Notes under the pieces: model-generated | The model's database searches: none | The model's input: only the letters and a program-made list of their open reading frames with translations | Told to the model about the DNA's origin: nothing | Program-made: the position numbers and the translations under genes | Shown: one piece after another, positions 62,642-64,000 of the stretch | Layout: every line of letters begins with the position of its first letter | Position numbering within the stretch: position 1 is the stretch's first letter | Source: Amphiscolops sp. MND2022 | Lineage: Eukaryota | Assembly (NCBI GenBank): GCA_964187785.1 | Contig: OZ076409.1 | Location: 78,308,001 to 78,372,000 of the forward strand | DNA length: 64,000 nt | Reading direction: 5' to 3'

Positions 62642-63666
62642 TTTTTAGTCGGCGCTTTTCGAAGAAAAACGCAGACTATAGTAGTGACTTCTTTTTTTTT
62701 AAGACCAACGAACTGACAGATTTTATAAATTTTATAAGTTGACCGACTAACACTAAACTGCCACACTACTTCACTGCCACTTGGCATAGAGGGTACAGCT
62801 TTTTTGAGGTCTGCCAAGCAGAAGGACATGGGTTCGAGTCTCGCCCTTGACCAAAATTTTTTTGTGCAATTTTTTTTTCGGCTTTGTGAGACTTTTTTCG
62901 CAAATATCTCCAATGGGTCCACCCGTCATTTTATTGTCTATTTTGCAAAAAATGGATGTTCAAAGAGTCCCAGAGTGCCCCCTTTTACATGTTTCGGCAC
63001 TATGCGACTTACCGGAAACCAAAAAAATTCGAAAAAAAATTTAAAAAAGTTCGGATTTTTTTCTCCAATTTTTCCTCAAGTGGGTACTGTAGAAGAGAAT
63101 ACTTGACACTATGAAGTCCTTTTGCTACTTTTAGTCGGCGCTTTTCGAAGAAAAACGCAGACTATAGTAGTGACTTCTTTTTTTAAGACCAACGAACTGA
63201 CAGATTTTATTAATTTTATAAGTTGACCGACTAACACTAAACTGCCATTACTGCCACACTACTTCACTGCCACTTGGCATAGGGGTTACGGCTTTTTTGA
63301 GGTCTGCCAAGCAGAAGGACATGGGTTCGAGTCCCGCCCTTGACCAAAATTTTTTTGTGCAATTTTTTTTCGGCTCTGTGAGACTTTTTTTTCGCAAATA
63401 TCTCCAAAGTGTCCACCCGTCATTTTTTGTCTATTTTGCAACAAATGGATGTTCAAAGACTCCCAGAGTGCCCCCTTTTACATGTTTCGGCACTATGCGA
63501 CTTACCGGAAACCAAAAAAATTCGAAAAAAATTTAAAAAGTTCGGAATTTTTTATTCCAATTTTCCGCAAGCGGGTACTGTAGAAGAGAATACTTGACAC
63601 TTTGAAGTCCTTTTGCTATTTTTGAGCCTTAGATATGGCGCCGACTTGGGCCGTTCCCGGCTTGTT
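62642..63666 (+). mobile_element. Tandem dimer of the HINE-like element (62642-63128, 63129-63666), each unit with a tRNA-like cassette
   Basis: Two near-identical ~490-540-bp units; only the second has the full 3' end GGCGCCGACTTGGGCCGTTCCCGGCTTGTT. Confidence 0.8.
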
Positions 63667-64000
63667 TGTTTTTTAATTTGGCAATAAAATTATAAAGTTC
63701 ATCATTAATAACTAGAAATTTTATTTTCGATGCTAATCACAACGCACCAAACCCGAGCTCGATCGGAGCATTGTACGTGAAGTTGACTTTCCGCGAGAAA
63801 GTAAGGTCGAGCTATCATATGTCAAAATTTCAACAGCTTTGTTCACTTCTACTGGTCCGATTTAGTTCATTTAAAAAGCAGCATACTCAGTGGCCAAAGA
63901 CCCTTCTAACGAGGGGTCGTAGAGAGCTGTAGCTTACTTGGGGGCTGAGATATGAATTCTCTGCAATCTGATTGGCATTTTGAACACTTTTCAATTTTTC

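Noticed and set aside
62782..62853. Functional tRNA-Gly gene
   Set aside because: No acceptor-stem pairing, an internal T6 run, and it lies inside a repeated mobile element

Overview
AT-rich animal genomic DNA with GT-AG introns; the species cannot be identified from the sequence. Most of the window is mobile DNA. (1) 1-~15.5 kb: the 3' part of a very large Ty3/Gypsy LTR retroelement whose sense strand is strikingly G-poor. It has an RS-rich Gag tail, PR, a possible dUTPase-like insert, RT, RNaseH and IN, then an orphan ORF, an envelope gene whose motifs resemble chuvirus-G/herpes-gB class III fusogens, two more orphan ORFs and a candidate 3' LTR. This complex endogenous-retrovirus-like element is the best candidate for an undescribed system. 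(2) 20.2-31.6 kb: a 10-exon host multi-C2H2 zinc-finger gene (~1395 aa, all splice phases checked by hand). (3) 39.6-50.4 kb: a decayed Polinton/Maverick (adintovirus-like) element with pPolB and a packaging ATPase. (4) Two decayed Gypsy fragments, two LINE remnants, a MULE transposase remnant, and the 3' exons of a minus-strand PHD-finger gene. (5) Many non-autonomous elements: Helentron/HINE-like repeats (some carrying a tRNA-like cassette), TA- and TTAA-flanked MITEs, a foldback, and long palindromes. All family assignments come from motif recognition by eye; no database searches were run.
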